Source of the DNA: Octopus vulgaris
Taxonomy: Eukaryota
Direction: 5' to 3'
DNA: 64,000 nucleotides
NCBI GenBank assembly: GCA_951406725.2
Contig: OX597814.1
Location: 125,674,001 to 125,738,000, forward strand
Shown here: positions 12,383 to 25,947 of the stretch, piece after piece
Layout of the letters: every line of letters begins with the position of its first letter
Position numbering within the stretch: the stretch's first letter is position 1
The notes under the pieces: model-generated
Databases searched by the model: none
What the model was told of the DNA's origin: nothing
Seen by the model: only the letters and a program-made list of their open reading frames with translations
Made by a program: the position numbers and the translations under genes

Positions 12383-13099
12383 AAAAATGGGACAAGAACG
12401 CAAAATATCCAAACAATTAGGTGATACAAAATAGGGACAACAAAGCATCCATATGGACGATACAAAGAAAACAAGGACGGATAATTCGGAGTTTTCTTTC
12501 CTCAGTCGAGTTTCAGATTATCTTTGCAATTTCGGCTGGTTATACGCGAGATTGCTCCAATCTGGCCAGCCCCAAGGAAAAACTAATCTAAGAGTATTAG
12601 ATTCCTTGGAAGAAAGCAACAAATGTATACGAAAGCAAGGACAGAAAGAAGACGGAGAATGTTACACAAATACAAATAACAGGACATAAAAACAGATGTC
12701 TTTCGAATAAGGACGAATTAAATTAAGCTGGCGTGTGTGGAAATAAAGCCTTACAGCAGGGATATAAGATTTCACAGGCACATCGAGGAATATAGATGTT
12801 GTACGGACGACGGCCGAACCAAGAAAGAAAGATCAGGCTTGGCCGAACACCGGTCACCTGGGGAGAGAAGAGAGAGAGGTAGAGGCAGAGGGACAAAAGA
12901 ATTAAGGAGGGGTGAGATGGAGCAGTCTCGAGTATAACCAATTGAAATTGCAAAGATAATATGGAACTCAACTAAGAAAAGAAAACTCCGAATGACCCGT
13001 CCTTGTTTTCTTTGTACCGTCCATCGGGATGTTTGTTGTTCCTTTTTTGTACCACCTAACTGTCTGGATGTTTTGTGTTCTTGTCCCATTTTGTATTTT
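12377..13099. mobile_element. Foldback element with ~185-bp inverted arms inserted in (TA)n (MITE or inverted PLE end)
   Basis: Arms 12377-12563 and 12915-13099 are diverged reverse complements; (TA)n on both sides. Confidence 0.75.
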
Positions 13100-13131
13100 C
13101 TATATAACAATAAAATGACATTGTTTGATGA

Positions 13132-13181
<50 letters not shown>

Positions 13182-13183
<2 letters not shown>

Positions 13184-13344
13184 CGCAGGAGCGGCTGTGT
13201 GATAAGTAGCTTGCTTGCCAACAACATGGCTCCAGGTTCAGTCCCACTGCGTTGCACCTGGGGCAAGTGACTTCTACTATAGCCTCGGGCCAACCAAAGT
13301 CTTGTGAATGGATTTGGTAGATGGAAACTGAAAGAAGCCCGTCG

Positions 13345-13380
<36 letters not shown>

Positions 13381-13581
13381 GAAGGTGTCTGTCTTTGTAC
13401 CCCCACCATTGCTTGACAACTGATGTTGCTGTATTTACGTCCCCGTAACTTGGCGGTTCGGCAAAAGAGACCGATAGAATAAGTACAAGGTTTACAAAGA
13501 ATAAGTCCTGGGGTTGATTTGTTCGACCAAAGGCAGTGCTCCAGCATGGCCGCAGTCAAATGTTCGAAACAAATAAAAGAA
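13182..13581 (+). mobile_element. tRNA-derived SINE family B
   Basis: Near-complete match to 7423-7842. Confidence 0.9.
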
Positions 13582-13694
13582 TATATATATATATATATAT
13601 ATAATGTTTTTGTGAGAAGGATGCAATTAATTTTGAGAAAGAATTTTGTCAAAACGCTGTTCTAAATTAGAAAAATAAATACGTAAATCCTCAT

Positions 13695-15400
13695 CTACCA
13701 CCTGTAATCGTTCTCGTTTTTTTTTTTTTTTACTTCAGAGATACTTAATTCGCCAAGATACGATGATCCAAAGGGCAACAAAGATTTAACGGCTGTAGTA
13801 GCTAATCGAAGATATTGGCTCCAAAGCGAAATCCAAAATTCTGACAATTCTAACACAGAAAATGAGGTTTTGTGCACAGGATCGTTTTTCAAGTCTATTA
13901 AATGTTCTTCTTCTGTTAATATCCATGAGTGGCGTGTACTGTCGTAACTTGCGAAAGGATTGCTGACCCACTCGTACATTTGATAATCAAGTGATGGAAA
14001 ATACTCAGAAAATGGTACAGAGAGGTTTTCTACTGTCTTCTGCATTTCTGAAGTAATCAAGTTGCGAGTTTTTAACTTCCCTTATCTACAATTCTAACTT
14101 GTCGGTGAAAAAACTTTAATTTGTCTGTAATTGTAATAATATTTTCGTTCGCTCCTTGCAGACTCAAATTTAAAACGTTCAACTTCTCAAACAGATCGTT
14201 GAGAAATGCTACTTCCAGCCACCAATTATCATCATTAATAAATTTAAATCCAGAATTTTCAGCATCGAAAAACATGTTATTTCAGTTCGAAAAGAGATAA
14301 ATCAAGAGAGCACTTTTCCTTTCGAGAGGAAGCAGTAAACACTTAAAATCAGAATCCATAGTTTCACATAGGGATGCAAAAATTCTGCACCGTAGGGAAT
14401 GCGATTTTATGTAATTCACCACTTTAACAACGTTGTCTCTCGTCTTCAGGAGACCATCAAGTGGAGATTTTGACACCAAAACTTCACGGTGAGTCATGCA
14501 ATGTAGAATTTTAACTTGTGGATTTTTTTTTTTTTTTTTGTAATACATGAGCCACGAAGCCTTTTTTCGACCCTCATGTTGCAGAAGCGATTTGTTATCA
14601 AATGACGATATAAGTTTGCCACTGCATCCCTCTCAAGACGACAATTTGGTTTACCAGGTTAAAAACATCTTCTGTCATTCTTTCCTTCAATTCACAACAA
14701 AAGGAAAACTGACCTATGATTTTACCACCTCTGATGATTAGCAGAAATGGAATTAATTGAGCTTTGTTGCAGACGTCTATATTTTCATCGATTTTTAAAG
14801 CCCGCAAGTTTTCGCGTTCATTTTTTGCTTCAGTGAAATGTTCACGGAGCTGATCATCAATGTCTCGCGAAATGTCTTGAATTTTACGAGAGATCGTGTA
14901 GGCAGACAAAGGAATGGTCTTAATTCACTTGACAGCTTCATCACTAATCATTGTGTCAACGGCGATCTCCAAGCCTGGTAAAATAATGTTTTCGGCATTA
15001 GAATGTAGTCTTTTTCTTCTTTACCAAAAGCTGGGCAATTTTGTAACTAGCGATTTGAGCCTTCTCGGGAATTGAGTGAAATTTCTTCAGCCTTTTTGAT
15101 TGAATTTTAAAGTTATTTTTTAGTGTCTAAAAGTATTATTTTAGTTTGTCCTCATGTTGCAGACGATTTGTTATCAAATGACGTTGAAGTTTACAGGGAA
15201 CCATCGCTTCATTTGAGAGTGTTGTTAAACAAATCATACAAAAGGAACCGAGTTGCCTTTCTCGGATAATATAAAACCATATTGGATGTAATTTTCAATA
15301 TATTTTCGTTTTGATGAGGTAGATTTTTTGTTTGGTTGTTCGTCGTTTGCCATGAGTCTCTTTCTCATTTTTCTGAGGTCGCAATCACAATTTTTGTCCA
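13695..15400 (-). pseudogene. Frameshifted hAT transposase
   Basis: Five ORF fragments with BED-proximal, DDE and dimerisation-domain motifs, interrupted by stops and frameshifts. Confidence 0.85.
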
Positions 15401-16057
15401 TGTTTAAATCTAAAACTAAAAATCGATTAAAATTAACATAAAATAATTTATATAAATTACAAATAAATCTAAAATTAAAACTACTAGGACTACTAAACAA
15501 TTTACTTACAGAAATGCAGAAATGTAATATATTGTAGCCAAACTGTTGTTCGTCGTGTTACGTAATTTATATTTACCGTATTTTACGATTTATTTAATTA
15601 ATTTATATTTATGCTCGAACTTTGCGAATGTTCTTGGATCATTGTTTCCCGAAAATATTTTTCGTGGCACACCACTATGCCGTGGTACACAGTTTGGCAG
15701 ACACTGGTCTAGCCAAAACTACGATAAGGATCGAATCCGGAACCATATAGTGGAGACATGAGCTTCTTAACCGCATAGCAATTACAGTTCATTATCGATG
15801 CAGAGAATTTCATACATATTTCCACTATTTTGTGTATTGGCAATGCTGATTAATGCGGTTCAACAATAGTGTCAGATACTTTAAGCGATGGAACAATATA
15901 GAACATATTTATCATTGTATCAGGGTATTCCTTGACCATATTTCTTATTTTTAAAGTCCTTGTTCCGCATCCAGTATCACCACCAAGAAAGTGAATTAGT
16001 TAGAGGCCTTGAAAATAGTCAGAATAATCGACTCTTCAACAATACATTCATAATAGT

Positions 16058-16260
16058 TTTTTTCTACAACAGGCACAGGGTTTGAAACTTTGAGAGGAAG
16101 AAGTAAATCGACTACATCCACCTCAGTGCTCAACTGGTTCTTATTTTATCGATTCCAAAAGTAAGAAAGTTAAAATCGACCACGGCAGCATTTGAACTCA
16201 GAACGCAAAGCCGCTAAGCGTTTTGTACGACGTCTTAACGATTCTGCCAGCTCACCGTCT
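16058..16260 (-). mobile_element. SINE family A, older copy
   Basis: Reverse complement of family A head and body; degenerate TSD acattcataatagt / acgttcataacagt. Confidence 0.75.
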
Positions 16261-16449
16261 ACGTTCATAACAGTATCAGCCAATTCGGTTCGGTGAATTG
16301 TATCTTATTGTGGTTCCTGTTTACAACTGTGATACCTGTTATGGTATAAGTGATATATCCTGTATAACCAGTGTGACTCAACCATCTTAACCACTTACAC
16401 AACGGACTGGGTGATCCTCTCGGTTGGTTATCCAGTACACAATCGATTC

Positions 16450-17300
16450 AGTCATCGACATTTTAATTTCAAGCAAGAAAATTTCAAACTTTTACACTGA
16501 TTCTTCAAAGAAAGGTCGTGCCTGAAACCCCATAATAGTATCTTCTTCATTTAAACATTTTTCATATTTCAACGTTTATTGAAGACGTTTTACTACCAAG
16601 CACCACCAGCATTCTTGTGAAATTGTTGTATTTAGCTTTAATATTTCAGTGGTTCAATAATTTCTTTTTAAGTGAAAACTTTCATTTAAATTTTTTATGA
16701 GTAAATCTAAGAAGAAAGTCGAACTTTCATGAGAGCTTTTTTGTTCTTTTTGTTTGCGGGGCTTCCGAACGAGGTTAGATGAAGGAAGAGATGAAGGCGG
16801 GGAAATGCACGGCTTAACGGATGCTGCAGAAAGTCGCAGCACTTCAAGTTATCAAGTTAATGTCAAACAGAATCCATGTAAGAATGCATACGACAAAATG
16901 AACTTCTTTAAAGCTATCAAAGAGCTTGGTGATGGTGGTGGTATTGGTGAACCTGGTGTAAAAACGGGCGACGGATTACGTCTACAACATAACAGAAGTA
17001 GTATTTAATTATAGACATTGATAGAAGCTGACAACTTATATAAAACTGAGCTCTTTTCTACTAAACTGGCAACACATTCATGTTCTATAAACATGGCGAT
17101 TCGACCTCTTTTATTAAAGCCATTTGGTTGGCGGTTATTTCGACCGAGTATAACCATGACTGAAACACCGCTAAACGCTTATTTACCCACGCTCTGAGTA
17201 TTATTATGCTATTTAAAAGATTTTGTCTTTAATATTTTATTCATGGAGCCTTATGAAACGAGCATTGAGGGTTATCTATCTTAGCAGTGGTGTGAATCTT
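16450..17300 (-). mobile_element. Highly decayed Penelope/Poseidon-like ORF relic
   Basis: KPRKQK..FFLDLLIKNLNESFHLK..KLLNH*NIKAKY resembles the PLE RT-endonuclease linker; judged by eye only. Confidence 0.35.
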
Positions 17301-18824
17301 TCTGCTCCATTTGAGAGAAGAGGATTTGCCTTAAATGATAGATAATAATCGATATATTAAAGCTGTACCGTTGGCACGCTTGTGTGCATATATGCCCATA
17401 ATGTATGTATGATTGTAACCTTTTGTATCTATGCATGAGTGTGTGTGTCTGTGTGCTGCATGTGTGTGTGTGTGTGTGTGTCTGTGTGTATGTGTGTGCT
17501 GCATGTGTAAGTTGTGTGTGTGTGTAAGCGAATATATATGAATGAATCAGAATTTCATCATGATTGTATGCGTAAATGTTTGTATATTTAGGTTTGTACC
17601 TGAAGATGTATCTGTATGTTTGCTGTTGGATATAAATGTGTGCGAGCGTGTGAAAGTGTATGAGGATGTATGAATGTATGAATGTATGGTTATGGGTGCG
17701 AGTGACTATGTGTGTGAGCGTGTTTCAATGGAGGTCTACTTGTAAAGATGTCCGCTTTTAGTGTGTATTTATGTATCTCTGTGCACACGTCTTCATCTGT
17801 TTCTAAATGTGGCTGAATTCGTAATTAGCACCATTCCAACATTGAACTGCATATGTGTGTGTGTGTGTCTATATATGTAAGTACCTATGTATAAACGCAG
17901 ACATATGAAATTATATAAATGTATGTGTATATATATGTTCATACACACACAACACACGATTACGTACATGCATTCATACATATATAAACATAACTGCATA
18001 TGTACGTACGTACATACATACATACATACATACATACATACATACATACATACATGCATACATACAAACATACGTATATGCACACATACATACATAAATG
18101 CATACGTATATGCACACATCCATCCATCTATCCATCTATCTATCCAACCATCCATCCGTCCATACATACATAATACATACATACATGCATACATACATGC
18201 ATACATGCATACATACATGCATACATACATACATACATACATACATACATACATACATACATACATACATACATACATAAATATATACATACCTTCATAC
18301 ATACGTACGTACGTACGTGCACACTTATACAAACTTATTTGAGTCTATGAAGGTGTGAGTGTATGTCAAATTCTTATATATTATACATGTCTGACAACAT
18401 GTGTGTGTGTTCTCTGGCAGACAGTTGCTACTGTCAAACTGTACAGAAACGGCAAGCCAGCTACGACAGCTATTTGATGTTGATTGTTATGAATTGTGAC
18501 ACCAAACTGACGCGGGAAAGTAAATGTAATGAACGAAACGACGTGTGCTTCGAGTTTATATAAGTGATATGAATAAATTTCAATACATCCTATTGACTGT
18601 CTTACAGGACGCAGCCATGTATAAAGCTAGCTGTACTTTAAATGGAATATTTAAGCAACAGTGATAGTGGAAGTAATATTGCATAAAGCAGACGACAGCT
18701 TGATAGCGAGCCAACTTTTTTTTATAAAATTATAATTTGAAGAGAAGAAGGACGAGAAACCTTCTAAAAATAGACTTTGAAAATTCCAATATTTTCTATC
18801 CTTCTAATATTGTAAGTATGTATA

Positions 18825-19282
<458 letters not shown>

Positions 19283-19364
19283 TATATGTATGCATGTATA
19301 CATATATATGTATGTAAATATATATATGTGTGTGTGTCTGTGTGTGTATATATATATATATATA

Positions 19365-22300
19365 GTGAGAATTTACAAAACAACAAAAGATGAAGACGAG
19401 TGTGTAAGCAACAAAGAGATGTATTTAAAGCTCGGGAAGTGAGAAAGTCTCTTATGTTTCGAGTCTACCCTGTTCGACATCAGGAAACACAGAAATAAAC
19501 AGGGAGAGAAAATAGAAAAATATTTAGTGGCTAGCGATCTGTCATGGTGAATGCCAGACAGATGGGTTACACGGGAGAGCTAGGAAGAAGGGGAGATTAT
19601 AAAGCAGTGGTGATCGCAAAATGAAGGTGCGCATGCGTGTGTATAAGAGAGCATGTATGTTCGTGTGGAAGGGGGCTGGTAACCTTGACGTGTGCGTGTG
19701 TACATGTGTAGGTGTGTGCTAGTGTTTGCGCTGCTGTGGGCGCTGGGAAGTGGTCAATGCTAGTTTGCTGGGTGGTGTGATGCGGTGTGGTAGTGTGGTG
19801 TGTGGTGTGATGGTGTGTGGTGTGGTAAGGTGATGTGCTGGTGTGTGGTGTGTATGGTGGTGTTGGGATGTGGGCAGGCGAGAGTGGGGAAGCAATGGTG
19901 GGGTCTAAGGGATGGGGTGGGGTGGGGTGGGATGGGATGGGTGGGGTGGGATGGAATGTGTAGAGATGGTGGGGTTGGAATATGTAGGAGTGGGGGTAAC
20001 GAGGGAGGAGTGACGATGAAGGGAGGGGTAGAAGGAAGAAAGTGGGTAGGAGTGAAGAGAAGAAGTAGGTGCCAGAGCAACAGAGAAGTGGGTGGGAGGA
20101 AGTAGGTGTGAGAGAAAGAGAGAGAGAGGAGGGTTAGATGAAGTGGGAAGGGGAGGAGAATTGAGCGCATGTGACGCACAGGAGCGAAGAGAGAAGACTA
20201 TCCCTCCTCACGTCGAAGACGGGAGTCCGGATGGCCTCTGTGCAAGAACAGACAGGTGCTGTTAAGAGTGACGGATAGAGCGTAAATGGCGCGAGACCGG
20301 TGTGTCATTACAGAGTCGAAAGTCTCTGAAGTGTTCCGCGAACCGGTCAACAAGGCGGCGTCCCGTTTGACCGATGTATAGAGAAGGACAGAGAGAGCAG
20401 GAGATGCAGTAGATGACGTTGCTAGAAGTGCAGGTGAAGGAGTCATTGACAAGATAGGGTCGATGATGGGTGCCTGTGAGGAGGGTGGTGTTGGAGAGGT
20501 AAGGGCAAGTGCAGTAGCATGGGCGGGAGCAGGGGAACGAGCCAGGTTGGGAGGTTGGGTTAGGGAAGAAGCTGTGGACCAAGAGGTCTCGTAAGTTGTG
20601 GGCTCATTTGAAAGAGGGGAGCGGTCGGTTAGGGAAGATGCGTGAAGTGGAAGGTCGGACTGGAGTCGCGCGAAGTCTCGGAGAATGGTGCGTTGGTGAG
20701 GTAGGGTGGTGGAGTGGTAAGTAAAAGGAGACGGTTGACCGGGGGCGGGTGCAGTGGGAGAGAACAGATGCACGGTCTACGGAACGTGCTGTGGCAAGGG
20801 CGATGTGGATAGTGGTGAGGGGATATCCACGTAGGATGAAGTGGCAAGTTATGAGTGGAGACTGAGTCTTAAAGTCATGCTTGCCACTGCAGAGCCTGCG
20901 TAGAGGGAGGAATTGGGAATAGGGGATGGAGAGCTTGATGTGTTTAGGGTGAGAAGAGGAGAAGTTGAGGTATGAGTGTGAGTCTGTGTGTTTGTAGTAG
21001 CTGGAGGTGGTGAGAGTGTAGTGGTGAATGCTGACCGAAATGTCGAGAAAGGCGACTGAAGTATCAGAAATAGTGCAGAAGAAACGGAGGGCAGGATGGA
21101 AAGATTTGACAAAGGAGAGCAAGGAGTCTAAATGTTCGCGGGAAAGTGAGGTCGTACCGATAGAGTTGTCAAGATAACGACCGTATAGTTCAGGAGGGGG
21201 ACCAGTGAACCTTAAGATATTTGGGCCTCAACGTAGCCAACAAACAGGTTCGCATAGTTGGGGTCCTTCTCGTTCCCATGGCTACTCCCGAGACGTGCTG
21301 GTAAAAATCACCCGTGATCGATAAGCAGTTAAGTGAGAGGACAAGTTCGGCCAGACGAAGGAGTATGGATGTGTCAGGTTGGAGGTTGGGTCAAAGGTCA
21401 AGGAAATGCTGGAGTGCACGCAGTCCCTCGTGGTGAGGGATCACCGTGTATAGACTCTTGATGTCAAGAGTGAAGAGAAGTTTAGAGGGGCCAGGAGGGA
21501 AGGAGAAAGAGTTGAACAAACGAAGAGCATGGTTGGTGTCATGGATGTGAGAGGGGAGGGAAGCCACTAGGGAGGCGAGGACATGGTCAAGATATCTGGA
21601 GCTGAGTTCGGTAGGGCAGTTGCAGGCGGAGGCGATGGGGTGGCTAGGGTTGTGTGGATTTGGGGGACGAAGTAAATTGTGGGAGTGCGAGGGTTGAGGA
21701 CAATTAGGCTAGAGGCGGTGGAGGGAGACAGGAGTAGGAGATGAGGTCATGGATAGTGGAGGACACAGTCTGTTGGTAGCTGGGCGTGTGTTAGAGGGCA
21801 GAGGGTAGTGAAAGGAGGTATCTTGAAGTTGGCGGAGAGCCTCCGCCTTGTAGAGGTCCGCGCACCACACCATCACGGCTTCACGCTTCTTGGCCGGTTT
21901 TATGATGATGTCCGTGCGGCGTCAGAAACATCGAAGGGCCGAGAGTTCGGGTGTGGAGATGTTCAGATGTTGGTGACGCTTGAAAAAGTCAAACCGATCT
22001 GCAGCACGCTGGCACGAGCCCGTAAAAAGGTCGACTGCTTGGAACTGGCCAGGAGCTGGCGTCCACTGGGATGGTCGGCGACCCAGGTCGGTGAAGCAGT
22101 CCTCATTAGATGCAGGTGGAGTGTCGCGAAAAAGCGCATACAACCTAACACGGCGCACAAAGCTGCGGATATCGGCACGAGTCCGAAATTCGTTGCAGGA
22201 TGGAGTGAGGGGGATGAAGAGGGAGCGCTCCGCCTCAGAGAGGAGAAGATCTGGAGGAATGATAACAACAGATTGAAGTGGAGAAGGGGTGGATGGGACA

Positions 22301-22710
22301 GAAGTGTTGGTGAGGGGGGAGCGTATCAGGGAGGGAAAGGGGAGAGAGGAGATGGGATTGTCGGGTGTGGTGGAATGGAGGAGTAAGTGGTGTTTACGTT
22401 GTTTGGTGTGAGCGAGAAATTGATGAAAGAGATGATTTAAATGAATTACGCAACGTAGTGTTAGCATGGGAGGGCGACTGAAAGGAGAAAAAGATGGAAA
22501 AAGCAAGAGGGAGAAGGCGGTCGATGGTGTGTATTTTGGAGAGATTAAAATGAATACTGACGCGCATAAGGCGGTAAGATGTATTACGGAGTATGGGTAG
22601 GATGGTTGAAGCAGGGTGGAAAGTGGGGTGAAAATGAAGGAAACCTTTAGAGATGAGGCAGTGATGAAGGCAGTGACTGAGAAAGGGAAAGTGGCTAACC
22701 CCATCAGTAC
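19365..22710 (-). mobile_element. Penelope-like retroelement (Neptune-type), near full length, frameshifted
   Basis: RT motifs TLDIKSLYTVIPH, GVAMGT, PNYANLFVG, GRYLDNSIG, FLDISV, YKHTDSHSYL; Cys-rich linker CSRPCYCTCPY; GIY-YIG NVIYCISCSLC..YIGQTGRRL..RFAEH; 3' end abuts (TA)n. Confidence 0.92.
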
Positions 22711-23135
22711 TGATCAACGATACTTATGACCAACGTATTCTATCTGCCGTTTCCATTTTGGCTTTTTAGGGTTATTGTAAACTACACAACCTAAAAAGTC
22801 ATTTTGAATTTTGAATGGTATAATGTGATTCTATTACTATTTCTAGCAGGTCGAATGAATACTGAGACTCTCTCTGAGAGTGTTTTGAACCTCAATTTAA
22901 TTCTAAAGCCATGTGTAGAATAACAAAAAAGCAGATGGCCAAGTGAATAGGATACCAGATTAGGCGAGAAGTGGAGAGTTGGTATCGTGACACCAATACT
23001 GCACTGTATTTCCAAGATTCTTGATGATCATCAGGCCAGTTTATCTGGTAATTAGCAATATAATTTACAACACTATGTCTATCGTAAATATACTTAACTA
23101 TCAACAACCACCCTGGCTAGTTGGAAGTAGGTACC

Positions 23136-23370
23136 TATTTCTTTACTACCCACAAGGGGCTAAACACAGAGAGGACAAACAAGGACAGACAAACGGATTA
23201 AGTCGATTATATCGACCCCAGTGCGTAACTGGTACTTATTTAATCGACCCCGATAGGATGAAAGGCAAAGTTGACCTCGGCGGAATTTGAACTCAGAACG
23301 TAGCGGCAGACGAAATATCGCTCAGCATTTCACCCGGCATGCTAACGATTCTGCCAGCTCGCCGCCTTTA
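23136..23370 (-). mobile_element. SINE family A
   Basis: Reverse complement of the consensus; 11-bp TSD aagtaggtacc (23125-23135 / 23371-23381). Confidence 0.9.
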
Positions 23371-23949
23371 AAGTAGGTACCATGATGTGTAATATATCAG
23401 TGTATTTACTGTGTCCTCGGCCAAGTCCCTTAACAGTCACCAGCCATGTCTACCTATTAGCAAGAAGATTTCATTTTCATTTAGGGTGTTGTATATTTTA
23501 CAGAATGACGTTAAGCGGCAACTGATGGTAAGGTTTCAGCTCTGGAATTCAGAAGTTTTGGCGAGAATTGAGTTACGCCCCAGCCAGCTCTTCTTCCAAG
23601 TTAGCTCTGGCTCGAGGTGGTAGTACTTGACAAAAGTTCCAATTATGTCACTTAACAGAAAATAGTCCATAGATAAGGCAAACACAAGACGGAGGAGGCT
23701 GGTTTCTGGTTGTATGTCACGTAAGTCCAACACAGTGTGGACATTCCTTGATGTTACATGAACTAGCCCCCTTAGCGCAAGTGTTCAACGTGCTTCGTGC
23801 CCCGAGAGTAAACTCGAAGGATCAAGAGACTAGTAGAATAAAGTCAAAGTAAAACGACAGAAAACAGCGGAAAACCACTGCTGTATCTTTTCCAAGGGAA
23901 ATCAAGAATTCCCAGACTTTGACATTGAGGTCCCTAATCTTCGACGCCT

Positions 23950-24156
23950 GTAGGCATAGCACGTGAAGAGTGAGTGAGTGAGAAAGAGGGAGAGAGAATT
24001 CACGACTACCCCGTATGACTAACGAGTAATTTGTTGGCTTTTGGGGAGTTCTGAGTTCATTTTTTGTTGGGAAAGTTATCCGTCGCAGACTTGCGTTATA
24101 TTCAAGAGGAAAATGCATACTTCATTCGTTTGAAACCAGAAGAACCTAGGGTAAGA
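23950..24156 (+). other. Candidate non-coding (first) exon ending at a splice donor
   Basis: TE-free, relatively GC-richer stretch ending in TAGG|GTAAGA (24150/24151), followed by a drop to AT-rich sequence; CACGTG E-box at ~23960; start boundary arbitrary. Confidence 0.3.
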
Positions 24157-25845
24157 ACTGAGCTGGGAAAGATCATAACATAAAAGCAATAAAGTGTCTG
24201 CAGCTAGCTACGTCAAAAAGGGAAAAATAAAAGAAAAGCAGCAGTCAAATTGTTATAATGAATAATTGCTGAATGAGAATTTATGCCATGACTTACTGGA
24301 GTTATTGCCCTTAGTTCCTTTTCTTAAATAAATATATAGCCATTAGATCGTTAGAATAGGACTGTAAACAGTAACGTCGTTGTAATTTAAAGTAGAATAA
24401 AGCAGAATATTTTCCAGTTATTTCTTGTAGGTTATTGGAAATATATAAGTTCAACATTGCAAGTTAAACGCCTTGAAACTAATTATTAGAAACGCTTTTG
24501 AATGTTCGTGGTAAATTCAAGTGAAACGTCGTAAATAATAAGAGAAAATTAAAAAAATAGTTCACACATGTATCATCAAAACAAAATTAAATCGAAAATA
24601 ATTAATTAGTGAATAAACGATTGCTTTAATTAGTAATTTACCTAATATTTGTTGGCTAAATATATTAATATTGTATAACTGCTTCATTTGAAGTCTTTTA
24701 CTGCTAGTGAGTAACAACAATCTAATATAAAACATTCTTGAAGAGGGAACTTCAAAGTGGTTTTAAACCGACAACTGCTCATAGAACAAATCGATATTTA
24801 TCACCTTAAATAACTGTGTTTGAAGATAACATTAACATATTATATAATGCAATATACTGTAGAATTTTATGAGCAGTTGTTAATATGTATGCGGATATTT
24901 AAAATTTGTGCCATGTATGTATAATGTTTTTCAGAAATTAATAGATATCTGGAGCAGTTTCAGATGGTGCTAAGTATAATACACAAGCGATTGCAATCAA
25001 GCATGAATGATGGCAAAAGTATGGAGCAATAACTGTTTATATATGAAGAACATTAAGTGATATTTCTCTGCAGAGTTGTTTTTTTTTATGCTAGATTATA
25101 TGCGAAAAGATAATTTCTGTCAATATATCAACAAAAGTTAGAAAGATATAGATGTGATATATGAATAAAGAGCCAGTTGTATGTCTCTTACGATTCTATA
25201 CAGTCTTCACTTCAAATCACACCCCTACTTTTCATATAAAATAATGGGCTAACAATTTCTCGACATTTATAAGATGATAAAAAGTGAGAAAGATACGATC
25301 TTGTTTTAGTAGAAGCCGTAAATAATTACATCTCAGCACGTAGGAGGTCGAGTGGAAATTAAAAAGACGAAAATCGTGAAGAAAATTAACTCTTTCACAA
25401 ACATCTGGCTTCAGTGTGTGGTGACAAATGCACGGTAACAAAACCATGTGTACCACAAAAACATAATACAATATGAGCCAAACCGTTTGGTGCCGGATTA
25501 CTGATTACGATATGACGATGACTTTAACATTATAAAGTTCAAACTAGAGTAACCATCACGATGTCAGCACCCCGGCGACATGGTTAGTGAAAGGAAAGTG
25601 GACGTATTTAAGGCTTCTTTTTCTAAGCTGGCTTATAATGGAACGCTATAAATTGGATAGCTTAGAATACACTGAACACGCAGTCAGTCAAACAGTCAGA
25701 TGGGTAATAAGAGAGTGCTTATAGAGGTATTCGATATGTTCAGATGCTGTGAAAACTGCAGGACCTAATGTTTCTTACATCATTTTCATCTGAGAAATAG
25801 ACACATAGAAAACATGTGAAGTTGTCTGTTAGGTTGCAGTCATTA

Positions 25846-25947
<102 letters not shown>

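Larger units (their letters stand above)
12146..15706 (-). mobile_element. hAT (Charlie/Buster, ZBED5/SCAND3-like) DNA transposon, full length but decayed, with nested insertions
   Basis: Perfect 13-bp terminal inverted repeats (TIRs) cagtgtctgccaa (12146-12158 / 15694-15706); 8-bp TSD gtctaagc/gtctagcc; fragments KRKYIENYIQYGF, LHCMTHREVLVSK, WWLEVAFLNDLFEKLNVLNLSLQG, LLPFGSSYLGE. Confidence 0.9.
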
